From: Thermodesulfobacteriota bacterium
GTDB taxonomy: Bacteria; Desulfobacterota; Desulfobulbia; Desulfobulbales; SURF-16
Length of the DNA stretch: 64,000 nucleotides
Direction: 5' to 3'
NCBI GenBank assembly: GCA_040755455.1
Contig: JBFMAY010000011.1
Coordinates: 15,341-79,340 of the forward strand
In this document: positions 8,447 through 16,871 of the stretch, one piece after another
How positions within the stretch are numbered: position 1 is the first letter of the stretch
Layout of the letters: each line of letters opens with the position of its first letter
Notes under the pieces: model-generated
What the model was told of the DNA's origin: nothing
Seen by the model: only the letters and a program-made list of their open reading frames with translations
The model's database searches: none
Position numbers and translations under genes: made by a program

Positions 8447-9853
8447 TCAATCAACCAGGGATTTGAGCTGATTGCGCTCCAGTTCAGCATTGAATTTGAC
8501 ATGGACCGAGTAGTCACTGAGCACCAGATCACAGACCTGGACGCCGATGACCAAACCCCGCAGAACGGCATCTGGAAGATTCGTCACCGGAATTATGACT
8601 TTAATATGGCGCCCGAGAAGCAGACGGATGTTCTCTTTGTTGGTGATCCGGACGTTAAATGAAAGCCCCCCCAGGGAGATGTCCGTCATGTCGCCTCTAA
8701 AGGTGCTCAAGACCTTTTCCTTGTCATCAACAATCTGCAGTTGGATTTTGCACTCCTTCCTGTAGCGTTCATGGACCCTGCGGTCCATGCCTTTTTTTTT
8801 CATTTCGGCATAGATATCACTGGAACGGCTGTAATAATCGATAAGCTTGGATTCAATGCCGGGTAGTTTTTGTTCAAGTCGTGCCAGGCTTTCAAGTTTC
8901 AGGACGGAAATGCTGGTCTGCTGCTGGGCGGTGAGTGACACTGTCCAGACCGAGGGGTTGAAAAAATTCTCGCCGACTATCTCACCCTTGCCCATGTTCT
9001 TGAAAAATAATTCTTTTTCGCCGCCCGAGTACGTGACTCTGACACTGCCATGGTTGATAAAAAAGAGCTCGTCGTTTTTCGCGCCCTGGGCGGCAATGAT
9101 TTCTTCAGGTTTGTACGTCCGCTCTCCCATCTCGTGATAGAGGGCGTTGAATTCTTCGGAGGAAAGCACCTGACGGAGATTTGCCCAGATTTCAACATGG
9201 TCCTTGCTGATGGCCCCCTTTTTTTCCTGCTCAATGATATCTCCCGTTTGGATGATCTCCATCAATGCCATGGGATCAATTTCATACATTCTCTCCCTCA
9301 GCCGTTCCGCGTTATGAAAGTCCTTTTTTTGGGCACACGCGACCACCAGTTCAAAAAGCTGTGTTTTGGCGGCTTCGGTGTTGCCTTGCCCGGCCAGTTG
9401 AAAAATCTGCTCTTCCCTGAGGGTGAGTGAATCATTCTTCTGTGCGTCGCCGGAGGACTCAGCCGGTGGAATGACTGACTGCCGTGATTTTGCCAGGCGC
9501 AAAACCTTATCAGCCTCCGCTCTGACTTGTTCGCTGAATTCCTGACTTCCACTCAGGGCCTGCAGGGCGGGGACAATTCGGTCAAGACGGCCCCATTGTT
9601 CGGCCAAGCTTAGTTTTTCCGCAGTTGCGACCAGACAGGATGATGATGCGCCGCTTATGTTCTTGTCGACGCTGCGGGTGGCAAGGGCTATCTGTTCAAG
9701 GAGCTTGTCGGCTATCTGCTCTTTTTGATTGCTAATGAGGCGGCTGACGGTTTGCGCCACGGCGGCGGTAAGGGCAGGATTAAGCAGGACTTGGTGATCA
9801 CCTTTCAGGAGGCGGTTCAGGGCTTCCTGCAGGCTGGATTGTTGTTGGGTCAA
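8447..9853 (-). CDS. cyclic-nucleotide-binding domain plus PilZ domain protein
   Basis: cNMP-binding beta-roll (IIAAQGAKNDELFFINHGSVRVTYSGGEKELFFKNMGKGEIVGE). C-terminal PilZ-type motif (RRVHERY ... DISLGGLSF). The N-terminal part is helical. Confidence 0.75.
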   Translation of the reverse strand: MTQQQSSLQEALNRLLKGDHQVLLNPALTAAVAQTVSRLISNQKEQIADKLLEQIALATRSVDKNISGASSSCLVATAEKLSLAEQWGRLDRIVPALQALSGSQEFSEQVRAEADKVLRLAKSRQSVIPPAESSGDAQKNDSLTLREEQIFQLAGQGNTEAAKTQLFELVVACAQKKDFHNAERLRERMYEIDPMALMEIIQTGDIIEQEKKGAISKDHVEIWANLRQVLSSEEFNALYHEMGERTYKPEEIIAAQGAKNDELFFINHGSVRVTYSGGEKELFFKNMGKGEIVGENFFNPSVWTVSLTAQQQTSISVLKLESLARLEQKLPGIESKLIDYYSRSSDIYAEMKKKGMDRRVHERYRKECKIQLQIVDDKEKVLSTFRGDMTDISLGGLSFNVRITNKENIRLLLGRHIKVIIPVTNLPDAVLRGLVIGVQVCDLVLSDYSVHVKFNAELERNQLKSLVD

Positions 9854-9997
9854 GTGGTACTCCTCAAAAAGGACAGGGCGCCATATTCAGTGATCATCAC
9901 GCTCGTATCGCGAGCTGTCCGGTGCGGCGGCTGACAACTCGACATCCAGACATCAGATGCCTGATCCGGGCGGTCCAGAATTCCCTGTTTTCCCGGA

Positions 9998-10627
9998 TTA
10001 TATAACGGCCACTGCTATTTTGGTAATATTAAGTGAACGGCATGCCAACTTTCCGGCATTCTTTGCTGAAGTGGTCGTGGCATCGTGGGGGGGAGGGGCC
10101 TTTGGTATACAATATGATTGGGAGCAGGTATTTATTTCAATCCTCCTGAGCATTGCCAGTAGTTCAGGAGCCGTGATTTCTGCAATAGGTCGATTGCCGA
10201 CGATTGGAAAGACATCATTTTCAAGCTGCGTTAATATCTTCTCTCCGGTCTTTTCATCCCATTGTGTAGAAAACCTTTGATGCCATTCCAGGGCAACCTC
10301 TTCAAAAGTCTCCTTTTTGGTCTCTGTTGTTGATTTTCCAGGGTCAATTCCCTGAGCAAGTTGCGTCCGCGCTTCATCTCTCTTTTGCCTGGCTGCTAAA
10401 AGTGAAATCTCAGGATATGCGCCAAATGACAGTTTCTTTTCTTTGCCATCAAAGCGATATTTCAGCCGCCATAGTTTCCCCCCGGCCGAGGTGACAAGCA
10501 GGAATAAACCTCCTCCGTCAAAGAGCTTGATTTCCTTCTGCTGAGGCTTGGAATTTCGTATCTGAGTATCAGTTAGGGGCACTGTCCGCTTAGGCATTGG
10601 GGGCTTCTCCGTTTTGGGGGCCTCCAC
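9998..10627 (-). pseudogene. truncated P4-type tyrosine integrase (N-terminal arm-binding/DUF4102 part only)
   Basis: The first about 150 aa match the integrase N-terminus (LTDTQIRNSKPQQKEIKLFDGGGLFLLVTSAGGKLWRLKYRFDGKEKKLSFGAYPEISLLAARQKRDEAR). The catalytic domain is absent and the ORF tail is junk-like. It lies next to the 3' end of the tRNA-Leu. Confidence 0.75.
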
Positions 10628-10708
10628 TTTTCAGGACTTAAAAAGCCCCCACAAAGGCCCCTAAACTTGCTGGCTTATAGCATATCAAAACGGATTTTAA
10701 CGGACAAG

Positions 10709-10742
10709 AGAAAAAGAAAAAGCCTTGATTTCTCAAGGCTTT
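10709..10742 (-). terminator. Rho-independent terminator of tRNA-Leu
   Basis: On the minus strand: AAAGCCTTGA-GAAA-TCAAGGCTTT hairpin (8-bp stem) followed by a TTCTTTTTCTC run, about 35 nt after the tRNA 3' end. Confidence 0.65.
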
Positions 10743-10775
10743 CGATACTTCTCCGAATTTTGTCGGAATATAGGA

Positions 10776-10862
10776 TGGTGCCGGAGGTCGGGATCGAACC
10801 GACATGACCTTGCGGTCGCGGGATTTTGAGTCCCGTGCGTCTACCAGTTTCACCACTCCGGC
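10776..10862 (-). tRNA. tRNA-Leu (anticodon CAA), CCA encoded
   Basis: Reverse complement: GCCGGAGTGGTGAAACTGGTAGACGCACGGGACTCAAAATCCCGCGACCGCAAGGTCATGTCGGTTCGATCCCGACCTCCGGCACCA. It shows a 7-bp acceptor stem, anticodon stem CGGGA/TCCCG with loop CTCAAAA, a long variable arm, a GTTCGATCC T-loop and a terminal CCA. Confidence 0.95.
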
Positions 10863-11095
10863 TTTTTTTATTTTTGCGGGCGCTGCAGTCTGAACCTGCA
10901 ACTCTTATTGATGAGCAAGATGCGACTCGGTAATGCCTTTAGATATACTACTTCCTGTTAATTTTCAAGTATTTTTGCCAGGGGAACAGGTACGAAAAAC
11001 CGTGGACGGAAAAATCCCTCTCTCACCGCCCCAGACGGTGAACAAATAAAGAAAAACATGGCAGGCAGCAAACTTCTGCCGGTAATGCGGCTACA

Positions 11096-11587
11096 TCATC
11101 TTTGGCAGATGCCCCGGAAAATTTGGCGCAGCACCGGATCACTCAATTTAGTGGACAGCTGCTCCTCATACTCATCAACTGTCTCCGCCTCAGGAGCAGC
11201 AGACAACTGGTCGGACGGCGCCTCCCGGTTCTCCGCGACAAAGATGAAACTCTCTGGCTCCACCTGCAGCTTGCTGCCCCGCTTCTTGTTGAGCCAGCGG
11301 TCGCACTCGTCATGGCTGCCCACGTAGAGGAGGAACAGCTCGCTGTCCCGTTTCAGACTGATCAGCCGGTAGCCGCTGCCCAGGTCGTATTTCAGACATT
11401 TTCTGACCCGCAGCTCCCCGCGTTTGGTGCGTTTGTTCTTCATCGCCAGGCACTGCCAGCCATGCTCGGACAGATGTCTGATAATCTCGCCGGCCCGTTC
11501 CGCCGCCAGCGCCCCTTTCTTGTCTGTCTTGCTTAACGCCCGCAGCTGTTTCTCAAAAAGAGGTGTTCTGTAAAGTGTCAATTCCAT
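11096..11587 (-). CDS. RelE/ParE-fold toxin-like protein with an acidic C-terminal extension (orphan)
   Basis: Trimmed to the ATG at 11587 (MELTLYRTPLFEKQLRAL), because the longer track ORF overlaps the rhodanese gene. The pattern KCLKYDLGSGYRLISLKRDSELFLLYVGSHDE resembles the RelE/ParE core. No adjacent antitoxin-sized ORF is present. Confidence 0.45.
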   Translation of the reverse strand: MELTLYRTPLFEKQLRALSKTDKKGALAAERAGEIIRHLSEHGWQCLAMKNKRTKRGELRVRKCLKYDLGSGYRLISLKRDSELFLLYVGSHDECDRWLNKKRGSKLQVEPESFIFVAENREAPSDQLSAAPEAETVDEYEEQLSTKLSDPVLRQIFRGICQR

Positions 11588-11643
11588 GGCTCCTCGCTTC
11601 CCGCAGGGCGGTTCACGAACCGCCCCCGGGTATAGGGCAACCA

Positions 11644-12177
11644 TTATTCTCCGCTTGCCGTCGGATATCCGGCCCCTTTCCAGGCAAAAATGCCGCCGGG
11701 ATGCCGCAGCACATTTTTGTAGCCGAGTTTTTTGGCCCACACGGTGCCGTTGTGGCTGCGGGTGCACTTGACAAAGCCGCAGTAGATAATGATTGTTTTG
11801 TCCTTATCCGGGCCGAGCAGCGCCGCATAATCCTCCATGGTTTTGCCAGCTGTCTCCTTGGTGTCCCATTCCGCCATATCCGGGATGGGGAAGAGAAACT
11901 GTTTGGCGCCCGGCACATGTTCCTTTTTATAACTGTCTTCATAGGGCATGGTATCAACAATGATCATGTCTTTGCCCGAATCGATCATTTTCTTTAGTTC
12001 TTCCGTGGAGATGACATCATAACCGCCGCGCTGTACTTCCCGGACCAGCTTGATTGCCCCGGTTTCAATCTCCACTTCCTGCTCGAACTTGTTCGCGCCA
12101 AAGGCAAAGGCATCCGCTGCAAAGGTCACCAACATTGCCATCAGCGCCAGCGAAAAACAGATTTTGCTCTTTCTCAT
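11644..12177 (-). CDS. secreted rhodanese-domain sulfurtransferase
   Basis: Start at MRKSKICFSLALMAMLVTFAADAFA (signal peptide), preceded by GGGGAG. Rhodanese-like core with the IIIYCGFVKCTRSH active-site-type loop. Confidence 0.8.
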   Translation of the reverse strand: MRKSKICFSLALMAMLVTFAADAFAFGANKFEQEVEIETGAIKLVREVQRGGYDVISTEELKKMIDSGKDMIIVDTMPYEDSYKKEHVPGAKQFLFPIPDMAEWDTKETAGKTMEDYAALLGPDKDKTIIIYCGFVKCTRSHNGTVWAKKLGYKNVLRHPGGIFAWKGAGYPTASGE

Positions 12178-12194
12178 TGTTACTCCCCATTCTC

Positions 12195-12680
12195 TCAAGT
12201 TTTTCTGATAAACAGCCCCTGGCGGGACTGCTCCGTCAACTGCGTGCAACGCCACCAATAGAGATAGACCGCGCCGGCCATCATGCCAATATCCCTCAGC
12301 AGTGAGTTGTGCAGACTGCCATAGGCCTGCGATTCAGGGTCTTCCGGGCCGAAACAGCCGCAGTCAATGTCCAGCCCGAGGCGGATGCCGTAAGACAGAA
12401 CTGCGATAAACAGCAGAAGCAGGGCAACGACCGCAGCCAGGGCGCCCCGCATGTCCAGCAGCAGGCCCAGGGCGGCGAACAGCTCGAAAGCAGGCAGCAG
12501 GACCGCCACCGGCCCGACCCAGGCTTCAGGCAGCAGGCCGAAGTCGTCAATGACCGCCCCAAAACCCTGCAGATTGCCCAGTTTCACGATGCCGGCATAG
12601 AGGAAGAGCACGCCCAGCAGACTGCGGATCAACAGATAGGCCCGGGAAGAAATGAACAATCGCGGCAGAAGGCTGGTCAT
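12195..12680 (-). CDS. MauE/DoxX-family membrane protein
   Basis: 161 aa, four hydrophobic helices (LLGVLFLYAGIVKL, VAVLLPAFELFAALGLLL), and a terminal DIDCGCFG motif typical of MauE-like proteins. It overlaps the upstream gene by 4 nt. Confidence 0.65.
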   Translation of the reverse strand: MTSLLPRLFISSRAYLLIRSLLGVLFLYAGIVKLGNLQGFGAVIDDFGLLPEAWVGPVAVLLPAFELFAALGLLLDMRGALAAVVALLLLFIAVLSYGIRLGLDIDCGCFGPEDPESQAYGSLHNSLLRDIGMMAGAVYLYWWRCTQLTEQSRQGLFIRKT

Positions 12681-13426
12681 GCCAGACCTGCCTGGATGGC
12701 CGCCCCCAGGGCGCCGACGATATCCGGCAGCTCAGGAGACAGCACGCTGACCCCTTCCAGCCGGGCCTGCAGCATCTTCACCATGCAGGGGTTGCGGGCC
12801 ACCCCGCCGGAAAAGACCAGGCAGTCGCCGTAGCCCACCCGGTTCAGCATGCCGATCAGCCGGTTCACCACGGAGAGATGCACCCCCATGGCAATGTCCC
12901 TGGGCGGTATGCCGCGGTTCTTCATGGAGATCACCTCGGACTCGGCAAACACCGTGCACATGGAGTTGATGGCCACCTCCTGTCCGGACTCCAGGGCCAC
13001 CGGGCCGAACTCGTCCAAGGTGTAGCCCAGGGTGGCGGCCATGATCTCCAGAAAGCGGCCGGTTCCCGCGGCGCACCTGTCATTCATCTGAAAATTGCTG
13101 ACCCGGCCCTGTTCGTCAAGCGCGATCACCTTGGAATCCTGGCCGCCGATATCGACAATGGTGCGGCACTCCGGGAAATAATACCTGGCTCCCAGGGCAT
13201 GGGCCTTGATCTCGGTGATCACCTCATGGGCAAAATGCTTCCGGGCCAGGTGGCGGCCATAACCGGTTGCCACCACCCGGACCGGCGCCAAACCGGCCAG
13301 CATCTCCAGGGACTGCCGGTGCGGGTCAAAACCGCTCTCCCTGATCTGATGATTGATCAGCCGGCCATCCTGCAGGGCGGCGATCTTCACGGTACGCGAG
13401 CCCAGATCAACGCCGACAAACATCAT
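12677..13426 (-). CDS. BcrAD/BadFG/HgdC-type ATPase (activator/reductase of a 2-hydroxyacyl-CoA-dehydratase-family enzyme)
   Basis: 249 aa. Acetate/sugar-kinase fold motifs are present: FVGVDLGSRTVKIA, DIGGQDSKVI, NDRCAAGTGRFLE (cluster-bridging Cys), VFSGGVARNP. Confidence 0.85.
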   Translation of the reverse strand: MMFVGVDLGSRTVKIAALQDGRLINHQIRESGFDPHRQSLEMLAGLAPVRVVATGYGRHLARKHFAHEVITEIKAHALGARYYFPECRTIVDIGGQDSKVIALDEQGRVSNFQMNDRCAAGTGRFLEIMAATLGYTLDEFGPVALESGQEVAINSMCTVFAESEVISMKNRGIPPRDIAMGVHLSVVNRLIGMLNRVGYGDCLVFSGGVARNPCMVKMLQARLEGVSVLSPELPDIVGALGAAIQAGLA

Positions 13427-14715
13427 TATCCCCTTATCTGCTCCAGAAAGGCCTCGATTCTGGTCTGCAGCTGTCCCACATCCTCGGGGGAATAATCGGA
13501 TTCAATGGCGAGATAAGGGATGCCCTCCTGCTGGCAGGCCTCTTTGATCCTGATCTCCTCCACGTTATAGGTATGACAGAACTGCAGGGAATAATGGATA
13601 ATACCCTGGGCCATGCTTTCCTGGTACTCCCTGATCACCTGCTCGATGCGCTCATTGTTGGGAGTGAAGCAGGAGCAGTCGATCTGCATGTAGCGGTCGG
13701 TCAGCACATCGAGCTGACCATCCACATCCCTGCTGCTTTCGTCAATGAGATCCTTGAAATAGCGGGTGCCGATACAACTCTCCTCACCCACGATAACAGC
13801 CCCGGCGGTTTCCACCAGGTTATGCAGCTTCCAGTTGGGCAGGGCCATGGGCACCCCGGCCACCATCACCCGCGGCGCATCCGCCGGCATGACCCCTTCA
13901 CCCTTCCTGACCTTCGCGTCCAGCTCGTCGCACAGCGCATTTACTTGCCCGGCAAAACGCACCGGCTCATCATAAAAGGCGATCTGCTCGATGAGCAGGG
14001 CATCCTTGCCGCTGATGGGGGCCGGGTTGCCTGCCCGCAGGCGGGTCAGCCGCTGCAGGGCCCGTCGTTTGTTATTAATGACCTTAATGGCGGAAGCCAG
14101 GTCATCGGCGGAGATCTTTTTGCCGGACACCACCTCAACCTTGCGCTTGAACTCCTGCACCTCATCCAGCCACAAGGCCTTGTCCCGCCTGTTTTTCATC
14201 TGCGGGATCTCCATGACATAGGTGGGAACGAGCCGGTCCAGGATTTCCCAGGTCTTTTTCTTGGCATCACAGGTGGTTTCGCCATAAACGAAATCAACCG
14301 CCTGAAAATAGGGGCAGATTTTACCGGCCTTGAACCCATAGGCTGATTTGACCATGGGGCAGATATTGCGCGGCAGAATCTTTTCCGCATCCGGAATGGA
14401 GCCCTGGGAGCCGCCGCACAATCCCACGCAGATGCCGCCCGCGGCCACCACCACCTCCTCCGGGATATAGACGCAGAAAGTGCCGACCACCGGCCGGCCC
14501 TCTTTTTTGGCGGCCATGAGTTCCTGCACCCGGCCGCCATGGATCTCCGCCACCATGTTGTCAAAATAAGCCATGCCGGCGGGCCGGTTCTGCTGGGACA
14601 GGTAGATGGATGCATAGGCGTTGCCCAGCATCTGGCGCGCCTTGTCAAATCTAGGCACGTCCATGCCCAGCTCCTGCCACAGTTCGGGGTATGCCTTCAC
14701 CTCAAAATCCGCCAT
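13426..14715 (-). CDS. 2-hydroxyacyl-CoA dehydratase D-component family protein; single-subunit, double-cubane-cluster-protein (DCCP)-type reductase candidate
   Basis: 429 aa and Cys-rich (GGICVGLCGG, NICPMV, KICPYF, TTCDAKKK, ESCIGTRY, DCSCF, QFCHTY). It is a single HGD-D-like gene followed directly by its ATPase, which is the DCCP/DCCP-R arrangement rather than an alpha/beta dehydratase pair. Confidence 0.75.
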   Translation of the reverse strand: MADFEVKAYPELWQELGMDVPRFDKARQMLGNAYASIYLSQQNRPAGMAYFDNMVAEIHGGRVQELMAAKKEGRPVVGTFCVYIPEEVVVAAGGICVGLCGGSQGSIPDAEKILPRNICPMVKSAYGFKAGKICPYFQAVDFVYGETTCDAKKKTWEILDRLVPTYVMEIPQMKNRRDKALWLDEVQEFKRKVEVVSGKKISADDLASAIKVINNKRRALQRLTRLRAGNPAPISGKDALLIEQIAFYDEPVRFAGQVNALCDELDAKVRKGEGVMPADAPRVMVAGVPMALPNWKLHNLVETAGAVIVGEESCIGTRYFKDLIDESSRDVDGQLDVLTDRYMQIDCSCFTPNNERIEQVIREYQESMAQGIIHYSLQFCHTYNVEEIRIKEACQQEGIPYLAIESDYSPEDVGQLQTRIEAFLEQIRG

Positions 14716-14996
14716 TTTTTCTTCCCTCCAGGCCTGCCGGCTTGTTGATGATCTCGTTTATTGCGGCTGCGTCAGCCTAATTTTTTTCAGTAATAAATAT
14801 CGCTCTCAAGCACAGCCCTTAAAATATATAGATTTACCTATAAGTCAAATCGGAAATTTTAATTTCATCATGCGGAAACATAGGGAAAGCGGATGGCAAA
14901 TAATTTTGCCGCGGTGGAAAGAAAATAATGGGCAGCGGAAAAAATCGGTGAGGCAGCAGGACGCAAGTCCGGCTGCGGGGGTTGAAACACCAACGA

Positions 14997-15554
14997 TCAG
15001 GGATTGAGATAGACCTTCTGAAAGCGGTAGAAGTAGTCGATGCCGGACCAGATGGTCAGAAAGAGGGCAACGTAAAGAATCCCAAGGCCGATCTGGTGCA
15101 GGTAGGGAATGGGCAGGACGCCCAGGGGGAACATGAGGGTGCCCAGGGCGGTGAGCTGGACCACGCTTTTCCATTTTCCCAAGCGGCTGGCGGCAATGAT
15201 CAAGCCGGATGAGGCGGCAACCCCGCGCAGACCGGTTACCACCAGTTCCCGGGAGAGAATGAGAAAGGCCACCCAGGCAGGCATCCGGTCAAGCGGGATC
15301 AGCATGACCAGGACCGCGGCAACCAGCACCTTGTCGGCCAGCGGGTCCATCAGCTTGCCCAGCACCGACTCCACCTTGTACTTTCTGGCGATATAGCCGT
15401 CAGCCAGATCAGTCAGCGCGGCGGACAGATACAGGGCAAACCCCAGCAGGCTGACCCAGGTTTCAGCGCCGGGGTAAAGACAGAAGAGCAGGAGCGGCGC
15501 GGCAACAAACCGGTAACCCGTCAGAATATTAGGAACATGGGTGAACGGACTCAA
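14997..15554 (-). CDS. pgsA: CDP-diacylglycerol--glycerol-3-phosphate 3-phosphatidyltransferase
   Basis: CDP-alcohol phosphatidyltransferase motif: DLADGYIARKYKVESVLGKLMDPLADK. Polytopic, 185 aa. Confidence 0.9.
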   Translation of the reverse strand: MSPFTHVPNILTGYRFVAAPLLLFCLYPGAETWVSLLGFALYLSAALTDLADGYIARKYKVESVLGKLMDPLADKVLVAAVLVMLIPLDRMPAWVAFLILSRELVVTGLRGVAASSGLIIAASRLGKWKSVVQLTALGTLMFPLGVLPIPYLHQIGLGILYVALFLTIWSGIDYFYRFQKVYLNP

Positions 15555-15578
15555 TGGGTCAACCCCTTTTGCGGCGCC

Positions 15579-16190
15579 TCATCCTCCCTGGTGAGAGGAT
15601 GAGACGGCCTGATAACGCCGGTAATGACGGAGAACTCTTTCGACATATTCAACGGTTTCCGGGATGTCGGGAATGCGGCCGATGCTTTTCACCACTTCAG
15701 GGCCGGCATTATAGGCCGCCAGGGCAAGATGCAGATCATCATCAAAAATATTGAGCATTTTCCTCAGATAACGGGTGCCGCCGTTGATATTCTCCCGGGG
15801 ATCAAAAGGGTCCGCTACCCGCATGTCCCGGGCCGTGCCGGGCATGAGCTGCATCAGTCCCTGGGCGCCCTTGCAGGAAAGGGCCAGATGGTCGAAATTC
15901 GACTCGGCCTTAATCACCGCCTGAATGAGCAGCGGATCAACCTGATAGCGGCTGCCCACTGATCTGATATAATGCTCATACTCCCGCAGGTTGATATGCC
16001 TTGGCGAAGGGGCGCGAATCTGGCTGCTCTCCGGCATATCCACCTTCACGTAGCGGCGGTCGTTGGGCACATTGGAAAAATGTATCACCCCGTTTTCATC
16101 CACAAACGTATACATGGTGGCAAAGGAAAACGCCGGGAAAAACGCGCCGCACAGCACTATGATAATCCATGATCGTAACAGAGTTGCCAT
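15579..16190 (-). CDS. lytic transglycosylase (DUF4124 N-terminus plus SLT domain)
   Basis: Signal sequence present. YTFVDENGVIHFSNVP resembles DUF4124. SLT catalytic block: LIQAVIKAESNFDHLALSCKGAQGLMQLMPGTARD ... AAYNAGP. Confidence 0.85.
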   Translation of the reverse strand: MATLLRSWIIIVLCGAFFPAFSFATMYTFVDENGVIHFSNVPNDRRYVKVDMPESSQIRAPSPRHINLREYEHYIRSVGSRYQVDPLLIQAVIKAESNFDHLALSCKGAQGLMQLMPGTARDMRVADPFDPRENINGGTRYLRKMLNIFDDDLHLALAAYNAGPEVVKSIGRIPDIPETVEYVERVLRHYRRYQAVSSSHQGG

Positions 16191-16226
16191 GGATTTATTA
16201 TAGTGCTAAAAAAATCTCCCGTCAGC

Positions 16227-16871
16227 TTACTTTTTTCTTTTTTCCCAGTCTGCCAGAAATTTTTCCATGCCGATGTCCGTCAGGGGATGTTTGGCCAACT
16301 GGGCAATGACATTGTAAGGGATGGTGGCGATATCCGCCCCGATGAGCGCGGCGTCCAGCACATGCACCGGGTTGCGGATGCTGGCGACGATCACCTCCGT
16401 CTGGTAGCCGTAGTTGTCATAAATGGTCATGATGTCGCTGACCAGATCCATGCCGGTCAGCAAGATATCATCCAGCCTGCCGACAAAGGGACTGACAAAG
16501 GTTGCCCCGGCCTTGGCGGCAAGCAGGGCCTGGGTGGCGGAAAAAACCAGGGTCACGTTGGTCTTGATCCCTTCGGCGGCGAATTGCTTGACCGCCTTAA
16601 GGCCTTCGGTGACCATCGGCACCTTGATAACGATGTTGGAATGCAGGGCGGCGAGCTGCCGGCCCTCAACCAGCATGCCAGCCGCATCGAGACTGACCAC
16701 CTCGGCGCTGATCGGCCCATCGACCGCGGCGCAGATTTCTTTTAGTATCGTTTCAAAGGGCTTCTTTTCCTTGGCAATAAGGGAAGGATTGGTGGTCACG
16801 CCATCGACCATGCCCATTTCCACGCCCTTCTTGATTTCTTCAATATTGGCTGTATCAATAAAAAACTTCAT
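16227..16871 (-). CDS. tal: short-type transaldolase / fructose-6-phosphate aldolase
   Basis: 214 aa. [15 protein letters not shown] start, GVTTNPSL, the VIKVP Schiff-base lysine region and [13 protein letters not shown]. Confidence 0.9.
   Translation of the reverse strand: MKFFIDTANIEEIKKGVEMGMVDGVTTNPSLIAKEKKPFETILKEICAAVDGPISAEVVSLDAAGMLVEGRQLAALHSNIVIKVPMVTEGLKAVKQFAAEGIKTNVTLVFSATQALLAAKAGATFVSPFVGRLDDILLTGMDLVSDIMTIYDNYGYQTEVIVASIRNPVHVLDAALIGADIATIPYNVIAQLAKHPLTDIGMEKFLADWEKRKK

Noticed and set aside
8076-8571. Two 93-aa minus-strand ORFs (8076..8357 and 8290..8571) in the HDOD / cNMP-PilZ intergenic gap.
   Set aside because: They have no SD sequences and no motifs. One overlaps the 3' end of the cNMP/PilZ gene, and the region looks noncoding and structured instead.
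9921-9947. A possible decayed attR copy of the tRNA-Leu 3' end (GGTGCGGCGGCTGACAACTCGACATCC vs GGTGCCGGAGGTCGGGATCGAACCGACATGACC).
   Set aside because: Only the short ends (GGTGC and CGACAT) match and the spacing differs by 4 nt. This could easily be chance, so it is mentioned only as a pointer.
11588-11767. The N-terminal 60 codons of track ORF 11096..11767.
   Set aside because: This part overlaps the 3' end of the well-supported rhodanese gene in another frame and encodes an Arg/Gly/Pro-rich junk-like sequence. The RelE-like similarity begins at the internal ATG at 11587.
14895-14910. The palindrome GGCAAA-TAAT-TTTGCC upstream of the reductase operon, which also resembles a sigma-54 -24/-12 element.
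   Set aside because: The GG-to-GC spacing is one base too long for sigma-54. On the plus strand it points away from any gene. A 6-bp-arm palindrome in AT-rich DNA is weak evidence.
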